Made by a program: the position numbers and the translations under genes. The notes under the pieces were generated by a model that was not told the origin of the DNA, ran no database searches, and saw nothing but the letters and a program-made list of their open reading frames with translations. DNA of 64,000 bases from Methanomassiliicoccaceae archaeon (GTDB lineage: Archaea > Thermoplasmatota > Thermoplasmata > Methanomassiliicoccales > Methanomassiliicoccaceae): NCBI GenBank assembly GCA_963728405.1, contig CAVSJV010000003.1, positions 224,001-288,000 on the forward strand. Reading direction: 5' to 3'. This document shows, one piece after another, positions 19,092 to 28,911 of the stretch; position 1 is the stretch's first letter, and each line of letters begins with the position of its first letter.

Positions 19092-19673
19092 TCAAGCCTG
19101 GATCAGGGCGAATCCGATGTTGAAGGTGCAGGTATCCCCCATTATCTCATTTCCCACCGCATCGTAGTCGATGGAGTACGAGATGCTAAGGTAGGTGGTG
19201 GCACTGTGCGCAAGGGAGCCCAGGTCCCAGGAAGTGGTGGCGCCGCTGAGCTTCCCACTATACTTCACAGAGTCGGTGGCTGAATCAAAGACCCCATTCC
19301 CATTGACGTCCACAAAGATGGTGATGGCCATGGCATCAGCTAGCTCACCATTGTCAGGGGTCGGCTCCGGTTCAGGGGTGGCCCCAGGACCGTTGACGAT
19401 CGAGGTGATCTGTCCAGTAAGTGTGCCATCGATTGATCCAGCGTTGGTGAGCGTGATTGTGCTGACACCGGTGGAGCCAGGCTTCATGTCCGTGGCAGTG
19501 AAGGCGACCCCAGAGGGGGCCGCGGTCGACAGGGTCAGGTCCAGTGTTCCGGCGGTGAACGAGTTGCCGGTGCTGGTCTCGGTGTCGTTAAAATATGCAT
19601 ATATGGCGCCGCTGCTGAACACGCCCACGATCGCCACCGCTATCAAAGCTATCGCTAATTTTTTCTTTATCAT
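19092..19673 (-). CDS. TasA/camelysin-family fibre subunit with SipW-cognate signal peptide
   Basis: MIKKK-hydrophobic-GAIYA|YFNDTETSTGNSFTAGTLDL; MKPGSTG..LTNAGSIDG; NEIMGDTCTFNIGFAL. Confidence 0.85.
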   Translation of the reverse strand: MIKKKLAIALIAVAIVGVFSSGAIYAYFNDTETSTGNSFTAGTLDLTLSTAAPSGVAFTATDMKPGSTGVSTITLTNAGSIDGTLTGQITSIVNGPGATPEPEPTPDNGELADAMAITIFVDVNGNGVFDSATDSVKYSGKLSGATTSWDLGSLAHSATTYLSISYSIDYDAVGNEIMGDTCTFNIGFALIQA

Positions 19674-19873
19674 TTTTCCCATCCCTTTTTCGGGGGTGCG
19701 ATACCCATCGCTCCGTGCACCCCGCTGCGCCAAAGAATAACGGAGGACAATATAATTGTTATCATCAACGATATAAAATAATAAGGCCACGCATTATAAT
19801 ACTCATTGAGCGACCATGGCCCATCGTAATCTCGTACGATATTTGGAATATATCTATGAATTTCGTATGAATA

Positions 19874-20413
19874 TTATAATTTATAGGCGATAGCCCCTAC
19901 CACGACGCCCATGGCGGTACAGGTCTCCAGGGAAAAGCCTCCAGGAGTAATGTCCATGTGGTGCCGGGTCATCTCGAAGACCTCCTTGGGCGCGCCCTTG
20001 GGACCGAGACCGAACACCACCATCACGCTCTGCCCCTTGCGCAGCAAGGCGGCCACCTCGTCCAATGACATCTTCTTTCCTGGTTCCGGCTTTCTTGTCG
20101 TCAGGACCACCTCGCCCAATTGAGGGGGGAACCCCTTGTTAGGATATGGGAAGGTCTGGAACCGCCCCTTGGCAGTCAGCTCCTTGAGGAAACCGCCGTG
20201 TTCCCCGATGGACGTGGTCGTGGCAACCCAATCGGCGATCTCCTGAGGAGTGGTAAGCTCCGGGGGGAAGGGAAAGCCGAACGTGGCGAGGTTGAAGTCG
20301 AATGCCAGGGCTAGGGGTCCGGCCCTGGCCAGCGCCCTACGGTGGGCCTCGCGGAAGCTCTTGGGGTCATAGGAATTATAAAGCGCTATGGTCGGTCGGC
20401 CGAGGCGAGACAT
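19874..20413 (-). CDS. DUF531-family archaeal protein (predicted SPOUT-fold RNA methyltransferase)
   Basis: LYNSYD..EAHRRALARAGP..AFDFNLA; GLGPKG..DIT..SLETCTAMG. Confidence 0.75.
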   Translation of the reverse strand: MSRLGRPTIALYNSYDPKSFREAHRRALARAGPLALAFDFNLATFGFPFPPELTTPQEIADWVATTTSIGEHGGFLKELTAKGRFQTFPYPNKGFPPQLGEVVLTTRKPEPGKKMSLDEVAALLRKGQSVMVVFGLGPKGAPKEVFEMTRHHMDITPGGFSLETCTAMGVVVGAIAYKL

Positions 20414-20868
20414 GGTACCGTAGCAGGGAAGTGGGCGGAGGTCAAAAATGTTTAGTTGGTCTCCAGGGACACCTGCTCGATTCCTTTCAAGACTGTCCCC
20501 CTCCCACGCGTACTTCAGGCGCTTACGGTCCTTCCACGCCCCTTTCTGGAACCAGAGGGCAATTAGTGCACGGCCGATAGAATGTTCGCGGAGCTCAAAG
20601 CGTCAACAAGCGATGAGGTCTTGTAGTGATGAAAATCCCCTGGGCCGGCAGAAGTCCAGGTATGGTGTGGCCCCGATTGACACGATACGGCCCATGATGA
20701 CCAGGCGTATCATGACAGCTTCCGTACACCGGACGCCCTCTCGATCCAAGGCCATTGATCATTTGGTCAATATGCACCTAATATGGCTTTACCCAGATGA
20801 TCGACGACATGATGAAAAAGGAGAGAAAGAAGGGAAGGGGCCCACCGTGATGGGCTTTCGGGCCGCGC

Positions 20869-21897
20869 TCAATCCTGTTCTTGGTCGAGCATCTTGGCCC
20901 ATGCGTACCGCTTGCGCGCCTTGAGGTTGACGTTGTGGTAAACATAGCTGAAGATCAGCGGAACAACCGTGGTCGCCTCGGCGTACACCATCTGCTCGTA
21001 GGTCGTCTCGACCTTTCCCCAGGAGCTCGCTTCCTTCAGCGTAGAGGATGAGCACGCACCGTCGCGAACGTCCGCAACGGTGATCTGGACCGCGTACTGG
21101 TGCATCGGGACGTCCTTGCCCAGGCATTCCGCACAGACGACCGTGTCCTGTGCGAAGTTCTTTGGGACGCCTCCGCCCACCATGAACAGGCCCGATGTCT
21201 TGGCCTCCATCTTGATACGAGTGAGCTCATAGAAGTCCTTCACCGAGTCGATGGAGATATGCTCCTTGCGATTGGCGGCCTGGTGCATTACCAGGCCGAA
21301 CCCGGCGCTGGAATCGGAGAAGGCAGGACAGAAGATAGGGACGTTGTGCTTGAATGCCAGCTCGACCAGCGAGTTCTTCTTCTTGGCATTCTTGGTCAGC
21401 CACCGACCCATCTCGCGGATGAACTCCCGCGACGAATAGGGTCTCGGCTCCAGTCCATCAGCTATCGTCTTGATGGTAGAATCACAGTGCTGAAGTTCTT
21501 CCTCATCGATGTAGGTGTCGTAGATACGGTCGACGTAGTTCTTGCGCAGCATGTGGTCATCGACGAAAGGCGTCCCCTGGTAGTGCTTGTAACCAAGTGC
21601 TTCGAAGAAGTCCATGTCGACTATCGAAGCGCCGGTGGCCACGACTGCGTCGATCATGTTGTGCTTGATCATGTCGGCGTAGACATTCATGCATCCGCCA
21701 GCGCTGGTGCTCCCTGCGAGGGTGAGCATGGTAGTGCAGTCCTTGTCCTCCAGCATCCGCCTGAGGATATCGGCTGCGCGGGCAGTATCGCGAGAGGTGA
21801 ACGACATCTCGCGCATGCTGTCTATTATCGGTGTGGAATCGAACTTGGTTGCATCCACCTGCTTGACAACTCTCTTCAGGAGGTCTTTCTTCTTCAT
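20869..21897 (-). CDS. Deoxyhypusine synthase-like protein
   Basis: PIFCPAFSDSSAG, GGGVPKNF, DGACSSSTLKEASSWGKV with catalytic Lys. Confidence 0.9.
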   Translation of the reverse strand: MKKKDLLKRVVKQVDATKFDSTPIIDSMREMSFTSRDTARAADILRRMLEDKDCTTMLTLAGSTSAGGCMNVYADMIKHNMIDAVVATGASIVDMDFFEALGYKHYQGTPFVDDHMLRKNYVDRIYDTYIDEEELQHCDSTIKTIADGLEPRPYSSREFIREMGRWLTKNAKKKNSLVELAFKHNVPIFCPAFSDSSAGFGLVMHQAANRKEHISIDSVKDFYELTRIKMEAKTSGLFMVGGGVPKNFAQDTVVCAECLGKDVPMHQYAVQITVADVRDGACSSSTLKEASSWGKVETTYEQMVYAEATTVVPLIFSYVYHNVNLKARKRYAWAKMLDQEQD

Positions 21898-22184
21898 GGG
21901 TGTCCACTCGACCTTTCGACGGGGGCATCAACAGACCGCCTGGCGAGCCCTGTTGAGGTCATCGACATTCCGTCGCTCTGAGCGTGATGATTTTTAGAAT
22001 ATAAAACTTAGCCTAGGTCGTGCATAACTTCGGTGCGCCGGAACATGATGCTGGATGGGTTCGATGTTGTCCCGTTGCACAAATGCCGACCTCGTTCAAA
22101 GGAACGACACGTTCGTGGGTGCGTCAGGTAGAGGGGCAACTGGTCGTCGAGCGCTAAGAGAGGCAGCCTGATGATCATTTCGAT

Positions 22185-22355
22185 TCAGTGCTGTTCGGCC
22201 TGTTTCCGGGGTCGGCTGCAGATGGCATAGATGTCCCCGTCGAAGAATACATCCAGCTCAGGGTGCTCGGCCTGTATCTCCTCGATCTTCTTGAGCACCT
22301 CGCGGAGCGTCAAGTCGCTTTTCTTATCGATCTTGACGTGTATCTGCTTCTCCAT
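22185..22355 (-). CDS. Small hypothetical protein (56 aa), absent from the ORF track
   Basis: MEKQIHVKIDKKSDLTLREVLKKIEEIQAEHPELDVFFDGDIYAICSRPRKQAEQH; host-like codons; AGGAG upstream. Confidence 0.65.
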   Translation of the reverse strand: MEKQIHVKIDKKSDLTLREVLKKIEEIQAEHPELDVFFDGDIYAICSRPRKQAEQH

Positions 22356-22576
22356 TCGCAAAACTCCTGGCCACGACTAAACTTTCCCTATTGAATGAGC
22401 CTGTCGGTATTTATGACTTTGTTTTCTGCTGTCCTGGCCGCTGACATACTGGGTGGTTCGGCCTCCGACCCTCATGACGGGCGGCGGTCGATCTTCCAGA
22501 GATAGCTCAATCGGGGCGAAATTGTTAATAGCTTCCTTGTTGGTTCCAGCTTGACCTAGGTCGAACAGGTGCATAT

Positions 22577-24412
22577 TTGCCCCGAAAGAAGAAGGCGAGG
22601 GAGGCCAACCCCCCTCAGGCCGAGGGTAGTTCTCTCGCATTGGTCCCAGGTTCAGGGGAAGCTGCCGCAGCCCAAGCTGAGGAGCTTCGCAAATGGATGG
22701 CCGGAGAGTCGACCATACTGGCATGGCTGGAGGAGGACCCCGCTCAGCAGCCCACTTTCTATACTGACGCCCTGGACGTACTGGACCTCGACCCGGAGCT
22801 GAAGGAGCGGGTGGCGAAATACGAGGAGGAGATCGCCTCGCTCCGGCGGAGGCTGGAGAGCGCCGGGGACGGCGCCGGTCCTGGGGTAGGCCAGGAGAAC
22901 ATCAGGTTGAAGGTCGAGCTGGACCGGCTGACCAAGGCCAATGGCGAGCTGCGGGACCGCACGGTGTCCACCGCCCCTGAGGCGCTCAAGGAAAGGGAGA
23001 CGACCCTGCGGGACAAGGAGGCCGAGCTGGAGCTGAGAGAGAAGGCCCTGAGCCTGGGCGGCGGGGACGGCGCCGATATGTTGGAGCGGTACCGGGCCGA
23101 GCTCAGAGAGAAGCAGGCCGAGGCCAGGAGCAGGGAAGGCGATCTCGCGGTGAAGATCGAGCAGCTCGAGAGGGAGCTGAAGACCCGGGAGATCGAGATC
23201 AAGCTCCGCGAGGACGAGCTCAAACTGGCCAAGATGTCCAAGCCCGAGGCGAGCAAGGAGATAGAGGAGAAGCTCCGTGGGTTCCAGGAGAAAGAGAGGA
23301 GGATCCTGGAGCTTCAGGACACCATCAGCCGGCTGAAGGACCTGCTGACCGAGCGAGAGGACGAGCTGAAGGGCCTAAAGGAGATCATCAGCTACAAGGA
23401 GCAGGAGCTCTCCCGTCGAGAGGAGGACCTGCTCTTCCGCGAGCGCAAGATCACCGAGGAGAAGCGCCGTCTAGAGGACACCAGGCGCTCCACGGGTGGA
23501 CTGGAGGAAGCCGAGCTCAAGAAGCGCCTGGAGGAGCTGCGGGCCGAGGTCGACAAGCGGGAGCGGGAGATCAAGGCCAAGGAGGACTTCCTCCGGAACA
23601 AGGAGGCGGAGCTCCGCAAGAGGGAGCAGGGCGCCATCGAAGAGGAGCTCAAGCATAAGGACGAGGATATCGCCATCGAGGTGGAGGCGGCCAAAGCTAA
23701 GACCGGCAACCCCCGCCTGGACGACCTCCTGCTGGGGGGCATACCGTTCGGCTCCAACGTTCTCGTCTACGGCCCGCCCTTCGTAGGGAAGGAAACGATG
23801 GTCGACCAGTTCATCGCCGAGGGTCTGAAGAAGGGCATCCCGGCCATCTGGGTCTCCACTGATAAGACCACTGCCGATCTCCGGGAGGAGATGAAGCTGG
23901 TGCTGCCGGCCTACGAGGACTACGAGGCCCTGGGCCTGGTACGATACATTGACTCATACTCCCGCAGCATGGGCGACACCACCGAGGACAAGTACACCGC
24001 GTACATCGACGAGCCGACCGCCCATGACAAGCTCATGGACGCGGTGGAAGACGCCGCTAAAGCTTTCAAGGAGAAGCATGAGTACTACCGCCTGGCCTTC
24101 CGGACCATCTCCACCCTGATCGCGTACTCGGACCCCAACACCGCCTTCCGTTTCCTCTCCCCGTTCGCCGGTCGCCGCAAGAGGGACCGAGCCGTATCCA
24201 TGTACACTATCGAGAAGGGCATGCATGGAGACCAGGAGATCCAGATGCTCGGCTCGATCATGGACGGCATGATCGACTTCAAGATCGATCAGCTACGGAC
24301 GTTCTTCATGGTGCGGGGCATCACCGACGTGCAGTCCCGGTCCTATGTAAGATATAACGCCACCCGCCACGGCCTGAGCATTGGCTCGTTCGCCCTTGAC
24401 CATATAAAGTAA
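22577..24412 (+). CDS. Long coiled-coil protein with C-terminal degenerate KaiC/RAD55-like domain
   Basis: ~300 aa E/K/R heptads, then KTGNPRLDDLLLGGIPFGSNVLVYGPPFVGKE..DGMIDF. Confidence 0.85.
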   Translation: MPRKKKAREANPPQAEGSSLALVPGSGEAAAAQAEELRKWMAGESTILAWLEEDPAQQPTFYTDALDVLDLDPELKERVAKYEEEIASLRRRLESAGDGAGPGVGQENIRLKVELDRLTKANGELRDRTVSTAPEALKERETTLRDKEAELELREKALSLGGGDGADMLERYRAELREKQAEARSREGDLAVKIEQLERELKTREIEIKLREDELKLAKMSKPEASKEIEEKLRGFQEKERRILELQDTISRLKDLLTEREDELKGLKEIISYKEQELSRREEDLLFRERKITEEKRRLEDTRRSTGGLEEAELKKRLEELRAEVDKREREIKAKEDFLRNKEAELRKREQGAIEEELKHKDEDIAIEVEAAKAKTGNPRLDDLLLGGIPFGSNVLVYGPPFVGKETMVDQFIAEGLKKGIPAIWVSTDKTTADLREEMKLVLPAYEDYEALGLVRYIDSYSRSMGDTTEDKYTAYIDEPTAHDKLMDAVEDAAKAFKEKHEYYRLAFRTISTLIAYSDPNTAFRFLSPFAGRRKRDRAVSMYTIEKGMHGDQEIQMLGSIMDGMIDFKIDQLRTFFMVRGITDVQSRSYVRYNATRHGLSIGSFALDHIK

Positions 24413-24428
24413 AAGATAAGGGAAAGGG

Positions 24429-24860
24429 TCAGGCGAACTCTGGACCCGAGGGGGCCCGGGGCGCCGGTCCGGCCTTCTTCTCTATGTTGATGCGCGGGAG
24501 CGGGAAGGGCGGCGGCAACCGGATATCGCGAGCGATGAGCAGTGCGGTGGGGATGCAGTTAGAGACGACGATGTTGTGGACAACGTTCGCGGTCTCGTTG
24601 GGCATGGAGCCGGTGGCGGTCCACTCCTTCATCAGCTCGTCCACGTCCCCCTCCAGCAGCACGCTGCCTTCGATCTTAATGAAGCCCATGCCAACGTAAT
24701 TGATGGTGAAACGGAACTCCACCGTGGCCGTGCGGTCGGAAGCGCGGTTTATCTGGGTGACAGTGCTGTTATGATCGATACGTACGTTAGCCACGTGCTC
24801 TCCCGGACGGGAGAACCGCTTGGCCTCGATGGTGTTGGTCTCAAAGCCCATGAGTTGCAT
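24429..24860 (-). CDS. Conserved archaeal hypothetical protein (possibly SecB-like fold)
   Basis: VEFRFTINY..IKIEG..ARDIRLPPPFPLPRI pattern. Confidence 0.65.
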   Translation of the reverse strand: MQLMGFETNTIEAKRFSRPGEHVANVRIDHNSTVTQINRASDRTATVEFRFTINYVGMGFIKIEGSVLLEGDVDELMKEWTATGSMPNETANVVHNIVVSNCIPTALLIARDIRLPPPFPLPRINIEKKAGPAPRAPSGPEFA

Positions 24861-24936
24861 CTTAGCGCCTTTCGAGCAATGACCTGTCCGGCTATTAGAG
24901 ATTTGCCTGACCATCGGGTATGAAAAAGAGATGGAG

Positions 24937-25009
24937 TGCCGCAGGCCGGACTTGAACCAGCGACTTCAAGATCTTCAGTCTTGCACTCTCCCAGCTGAGT
25001 TACTGCGGC
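24937..25009 (-). tRNA. tRNA-Phe (GAA)
   Basis: GCCGCAG acceptor stem, CAAGA-CTGAAGA-TCTTG anticodon arm, GCTGG-TTCAAGT-CCGGC T arm. Confidence 0.95.
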
Positions 25010-25214
25010 GTCGAGAGTCTGTAAAGGCCCCGCCTATAATAAATTTACCTAACCAACGTGAATAGTTAGAAGGGTCCGGATATCCGATTATTTTTATTAT
25101 TATGGTTTCTTACGAGCCAGTTAGAAGGTTTTAAGACCTCACCGACCTTTTCCCATCGTCGGATTGGGGAGTATAGATAAAATGTCGGTACCAGTGCGCA
25201 CTAGAGCCCTGAAA

Positions 25215-26114
25215 ATGTCGAGCAGGCTGTCTTTTCTGAGGAAGGACCAGCAGGGCGTCGCCTCGACCATAGGCACCATCATGGCGCTACTGGTTTTTTT
25301 GGCATTCATGGCCATGATCACCAACAGCTACGTTCCCGCCTGGATGCTGGACAATGAGCGTTCGCACATGAACCAAGCCATTGACCAGTTCGGCGATCTC
25401 AAGGGCAAGGTGGACGGCATGATCAACCAGCAGCGGGTCACCGGGGACAACTCCATGAAGATGTATGCTCCCATGACCATGGGCGCACAGGGCGTCCCGT
25501 TGTTCGCCGCTCCCACCGTTGGCTTACTTAGTTACATGCCCCAAGGCTCCAATGCTACCGGCATCCATGTCTGGTTCAGCTACACCACCTCCACCTCCAC
25601 CATCCCGGTCGATGTGACCGGCGGCGGCAAGGTCGAGCTGTACGTTCCTAACCGTTACTACGTGCAGCAATGGATCGGCTATGAGAACGGAGCCATCATT
25701 GTCAAGCAGGAGGACGGCCAGGCCATTCGCGCCTTCCCTAACCTGGACATATCAAAGATCGGGAACAGCATCAACGTAGCGTTCACCGAGGTGGATCTCA
25801 TCGGAACGAACCAGTCCCTGACCGGTTCGGACTCGGTCGGCTTCAGCCTAGACCTCGTATACATCGATGCCCAGACGTACACTGTGGGCGGGGACTTCAA
25901 GTGGCACCTGACCACCACAACGACCTATGGAGAGGCCTGGTGGAAATATTTCAATGAGACCATGGCCGAGGCCAACCTGATCCCCTCGACCGATTACACG
26001 CTCCTGATGACCGCCCTGCCCAACGGCGCCTCGATCATCGACCTGACCTTGAACAACTGCGGCCAAATGAACTACAACCGCGCGTATGTCAGCATGACCT
26101 TGCTGACCTCCTGA
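25215..26114 (+). CDS. Archaeal type IV pilin-like protein (class III signal peptide)
   Basis: LRKDQQG|VASTIGTIMALLVFLAF; YENGAII motif; first gene of the pilus locus. Confidence 0.75.
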   Translation: MSSRLSFLRKDQQGVASTIGTIMALLVFLAFMAMITNSYVPAWMLDNERSHMNQAIDQFGDLKGKVDGMINQQRVTGDNSMKMYAPMTMGAQGVPLFAAPTVGLLSYMPQGSNATGIHVWFSYTTSTSTIPVDVTGGGKVELYVPNRYYVQQWIGYENGAIIVKQEDGQAIRAFPNLDISKIGNSINVAFTEVDLIGTNQSLTGSDSVGFSLDLVYIDAQTYTVGGDFKWHLTTTTTYGEAWWKYFNETMAEANLIPSTDYTLLMTALPNGASIIDLTLNNCGQMNYNRAYVSMTLLTS

Positions 26115-26123
26115 GGTGCTAAA

Positions 26124-27872
26124 ATGCAAGAGGCTGAACCACGAGTGAAGGGAAGCGCCAAGACCGCCCAGACCGCTCCGGCCTCATCGAAGGAGAGCAC
26201 CCGGGACAAAGTGAGGGATGGTTATCTCAAGTTCCTCCGCCGAGTGGTCCCCAACCGAGCTACCAGGGTTCGATTGTCCACCATCGAGGTAGAGCAACGC
26301 ATCGAATGGTCCAAAGGCCGAGGGTCGGTGGTCACTGAGATCCCCAAGATCGAGAACCCGTCGATCGAGACGATAGAGGTCTATCCGGTCCTGGAACCGT
26401 TCGCCTATACACGTATCACATACAACAACGAAACAAGCGAGTACTTCCTGGAAGCGCTGGAGCCAAAGCTTTCCCCGGACGATGAGAAGCTCCTGCTCCT
26501 GATCAAGGATACCTTGGGCCGGACACTGGGCTACGAGTGGGACAAGTTCACCACCCTGGACAAGAAGGAGTACCTGGTGGAGAGCGTCGAATCGTACATC
26601 CACAGCCGGGGTGTAAAGGTCAACCCACTGCTCAGGAAAAAGCTCAACTACTACATTCTGCGCGATTTCGTCGGGTACGGCAAGGTTGACATCCTAATGC
26701 GGGATGAGAACGTCGAGGATATCTCCTGCGATGGGGTCGGCATCCCGCTCTTCGTCTTCCACCGCAAGTACGGCAACCTCAAGAGCGCTCTGGTCTTCGA
26801 CGACGAGGACGCCCTGAACTCATAAGTGGTCTCGCTCGGCCAGAGAGGGGGCAAGCAAATCTCGGTCTCCAACCCCATCCTAGATGGTACGACCCCCGAG
26901 GGGCACCGTGTCAATGCGACGTACTCCCGGGAGGTAAGCACGAAAGGCTCGACCTTCACCATTCGACGGTTCAAGGACAAGCCCTGGACCCCCGTCGACC
27001 TGGTGAAGACCAAGACGGCCAGCCCAGAGATGGTGGCGTACTTCTGGCTGGGAGTGGAGAACGGCGAGTCCATGATCATCTGCGGCGGCACCGCTTCCGG
27101 AAAAACGTCCACGCTCAATTCCATCGCCCTGTTCATCCCTCCCGGGGCGAAGATCGTCACCATGGAGGATACCAGGGAGATCAATCTCCCCCACATGAAC
27201 TGGATCCCTGGCACCACTCGGTCGGGAGTAGGCGAAAGGGGACCGGACGGCAAGACGCCCGGTGAGATCGATATGTACGACCTCATGCGCGCCTCCCTCC
27301 GTCAGCGGCCGAACTACATCATCGTCGGTGAGGTCAGGGGCAAGGAGACCTACACCATGTTCCAGGCCATGGCCACGGGCCATACGACCTATTCGACCAT
27401 GCATGCCGATTCGGTGCAGTCGATGGTCAACAGGCTGGAGAACCAGCCCATCAACTGCCCCCGTATCCTGCTGACCGCCCTGCGCAATGTCATCATCCAA
27501 TCCCAGGTAAGGGTAGGACAGGACCTGGCCCGACGGATGAAACAGGTCATCGAGATCGTCGGTTTCGAGCCGGACACCAACGAACTGATCTCCAACACCG
27601 TCTATGAATGGGACCAGGCCACCGACCGCTTCGTGTACAAGGGCCACAGCTTCCTGTTTGACAAGATCATGGAGATGAAGAACCTCACCCACGATGAGAT
27701 GATGAGCGAGTTCACCCGGCGAGTGGACCTCATCAAGTACATGGTGTACCGGGATATCACCGACCACCGCAAGATCTGGGAGCTAATCAATCAATATTAC
27801 AAGGACCAGGAGAAGACCATCAAGAGGGTCCGCCGGGAGCTGCAGGAAGGGGGGATAGCTGTTGTCGCCTGA
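26124..27872 (+). CDS. Type IV pilus/T2SS assembly ATPase 1 (FlaI/TadA family); in-frame TAA at 26823-26825
   Basis: ORFs 26124..26825 and 26826..27872 are in one frame; EDISCDG, GGTASGKTS, LRQRPNYIIVGEVRG, STMHA. Confidence 0.88.
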
Positions 27873-28902
27873 GATCTCCGACTCATTCACCAAGTTCGAT
27901 TCTAAGAAAAAGAGCTATATGAAGACCAAGCGGACCTCGGAGCATACCACGAAGTGGGGCCCCCACCTGGTCAAGCTGCCCGAAGGCGTCCTCCCCGACT
28001 ACATCGAGCTCACGTCATACGAGATGTTCTGCTGGCGGACCATGGGCAAGGCCGTCAAGTTGCGGGCCAAGCCCAACCCCAAGCTGGAACAGCAACTGCT
28101 CCAGGCCCATCTCAGGATGAGGCCGGAAGAATACCTGGCCTACGTCTGGATGAGCACATTGCTGGTCTTCGTGGGATTCCTCGCTACGGCCTCGCTGTTC
28201 GGCGGTGTGCTCTTGGCCTTCCTGCACGTCTCAGCAGCCCTGGTGCTGGTGTTCTTCATCATTCTGGTGATGCTTCCTCCGATGATGACCTTCATGGTGC
28301 TTTTATCGCTCCCAGGCTCCAAGGCCAAGACCCGAGCACGGGACATCAACAAGCGCATCGGACCGGCCATGAGCTTCATCTCCGCCATGGCGTCCGCGGA
28401 CGTCAACATCGATGTCATATTCAAGGAGCTGGCCAAGCAGGACATTTATGGCCAGATCAAGAACGAGGCCGAATGGATCACCAGGGACACCGAGCTCCTG
28501 GGGATCGATATCCTCACCGCTATAAACCTAGCCGCTCAGCGCACTCCATCCATCAAGTTCCAGGAGTTCCTGCAGGGGGTGGTGACCTCGTCCACCTCCG
28601 GAGGACAGCTAAAGCCGTACTTCCTGCAGAAGGCCGAGCAGTTCGAAAAGGAGGGCAAACTGGAGATGCGGTCCCAGCTGGAGACCCTCGGCCTGATGGC
28701 CGAATCGTTCGTAACCGTAGTGGTGGCATTCCCGCTTTTCTTGGTGGTCATCATGGCAATCATGGCCATTGTGCCGGGCGGGGGCGGCGGCTCGTCGACC
28801 ACGGTGCTGCTGCTTGAATTGGTCATAGGACTGATGATCCCGTTCTCCCAGTTCGGGTTCATATTCTTCATTTGGAACATGACCCATGAGTCGTCGCTGT
28901 GA
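27862..28902 (+). CDS. Type II secretion F-domain (TadC/FlaJ-like) membrane platform protein
   Basis: TM pairs; GIDILTAI..TPSIKFQEFLQG..SGG. Confidence 0.85.
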   Translation: MSPEISDSFTKFDSKKKSYMKTKRTSEHTTKWGPHLVKLPEGVLPDYIELTSYEMFCWRTMGKAVKLRAKPNPKLEQQLLQAHLRMRPEEYLAYVWMSTLLVFVGFLATASLFGGVLLAFLHVSAALVLVFFIILVMLPPMMTFMVLLSLPGSKAKTRARDINKRIGPAMSFISAMASADVNIDVIFKELAKQDIYGQIKNEAEWITRDTELLGIDILTAINLAAQRTPSIKFQEFLQGVVTSSTSGGQLKPYFLQKAEQFEKEGKLEMRSQLETLGLMAESFVTVVVAFPLFLVVIMAIMAIVPGGGGGSSTTVLLLELVIGLMIPFSQFGFIFFIWNMTHESSL

Positions 28903-28911
28903 GGTGAGGAA

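Noticed and set aside
20440-20860. Possible remnant of a MATE transporter C-terminus (LIALWFQKGAWK on the minus strand)
   Set aside because: Too short and broken to support without a search; left unannotated.
26823-26825. Pyrrolysine or selenocysteine readthrough in pilus ATPase 1
   Set aside because: The codon is TAA, not TAG or TGA, and aligns with Tyr in the paralogue.
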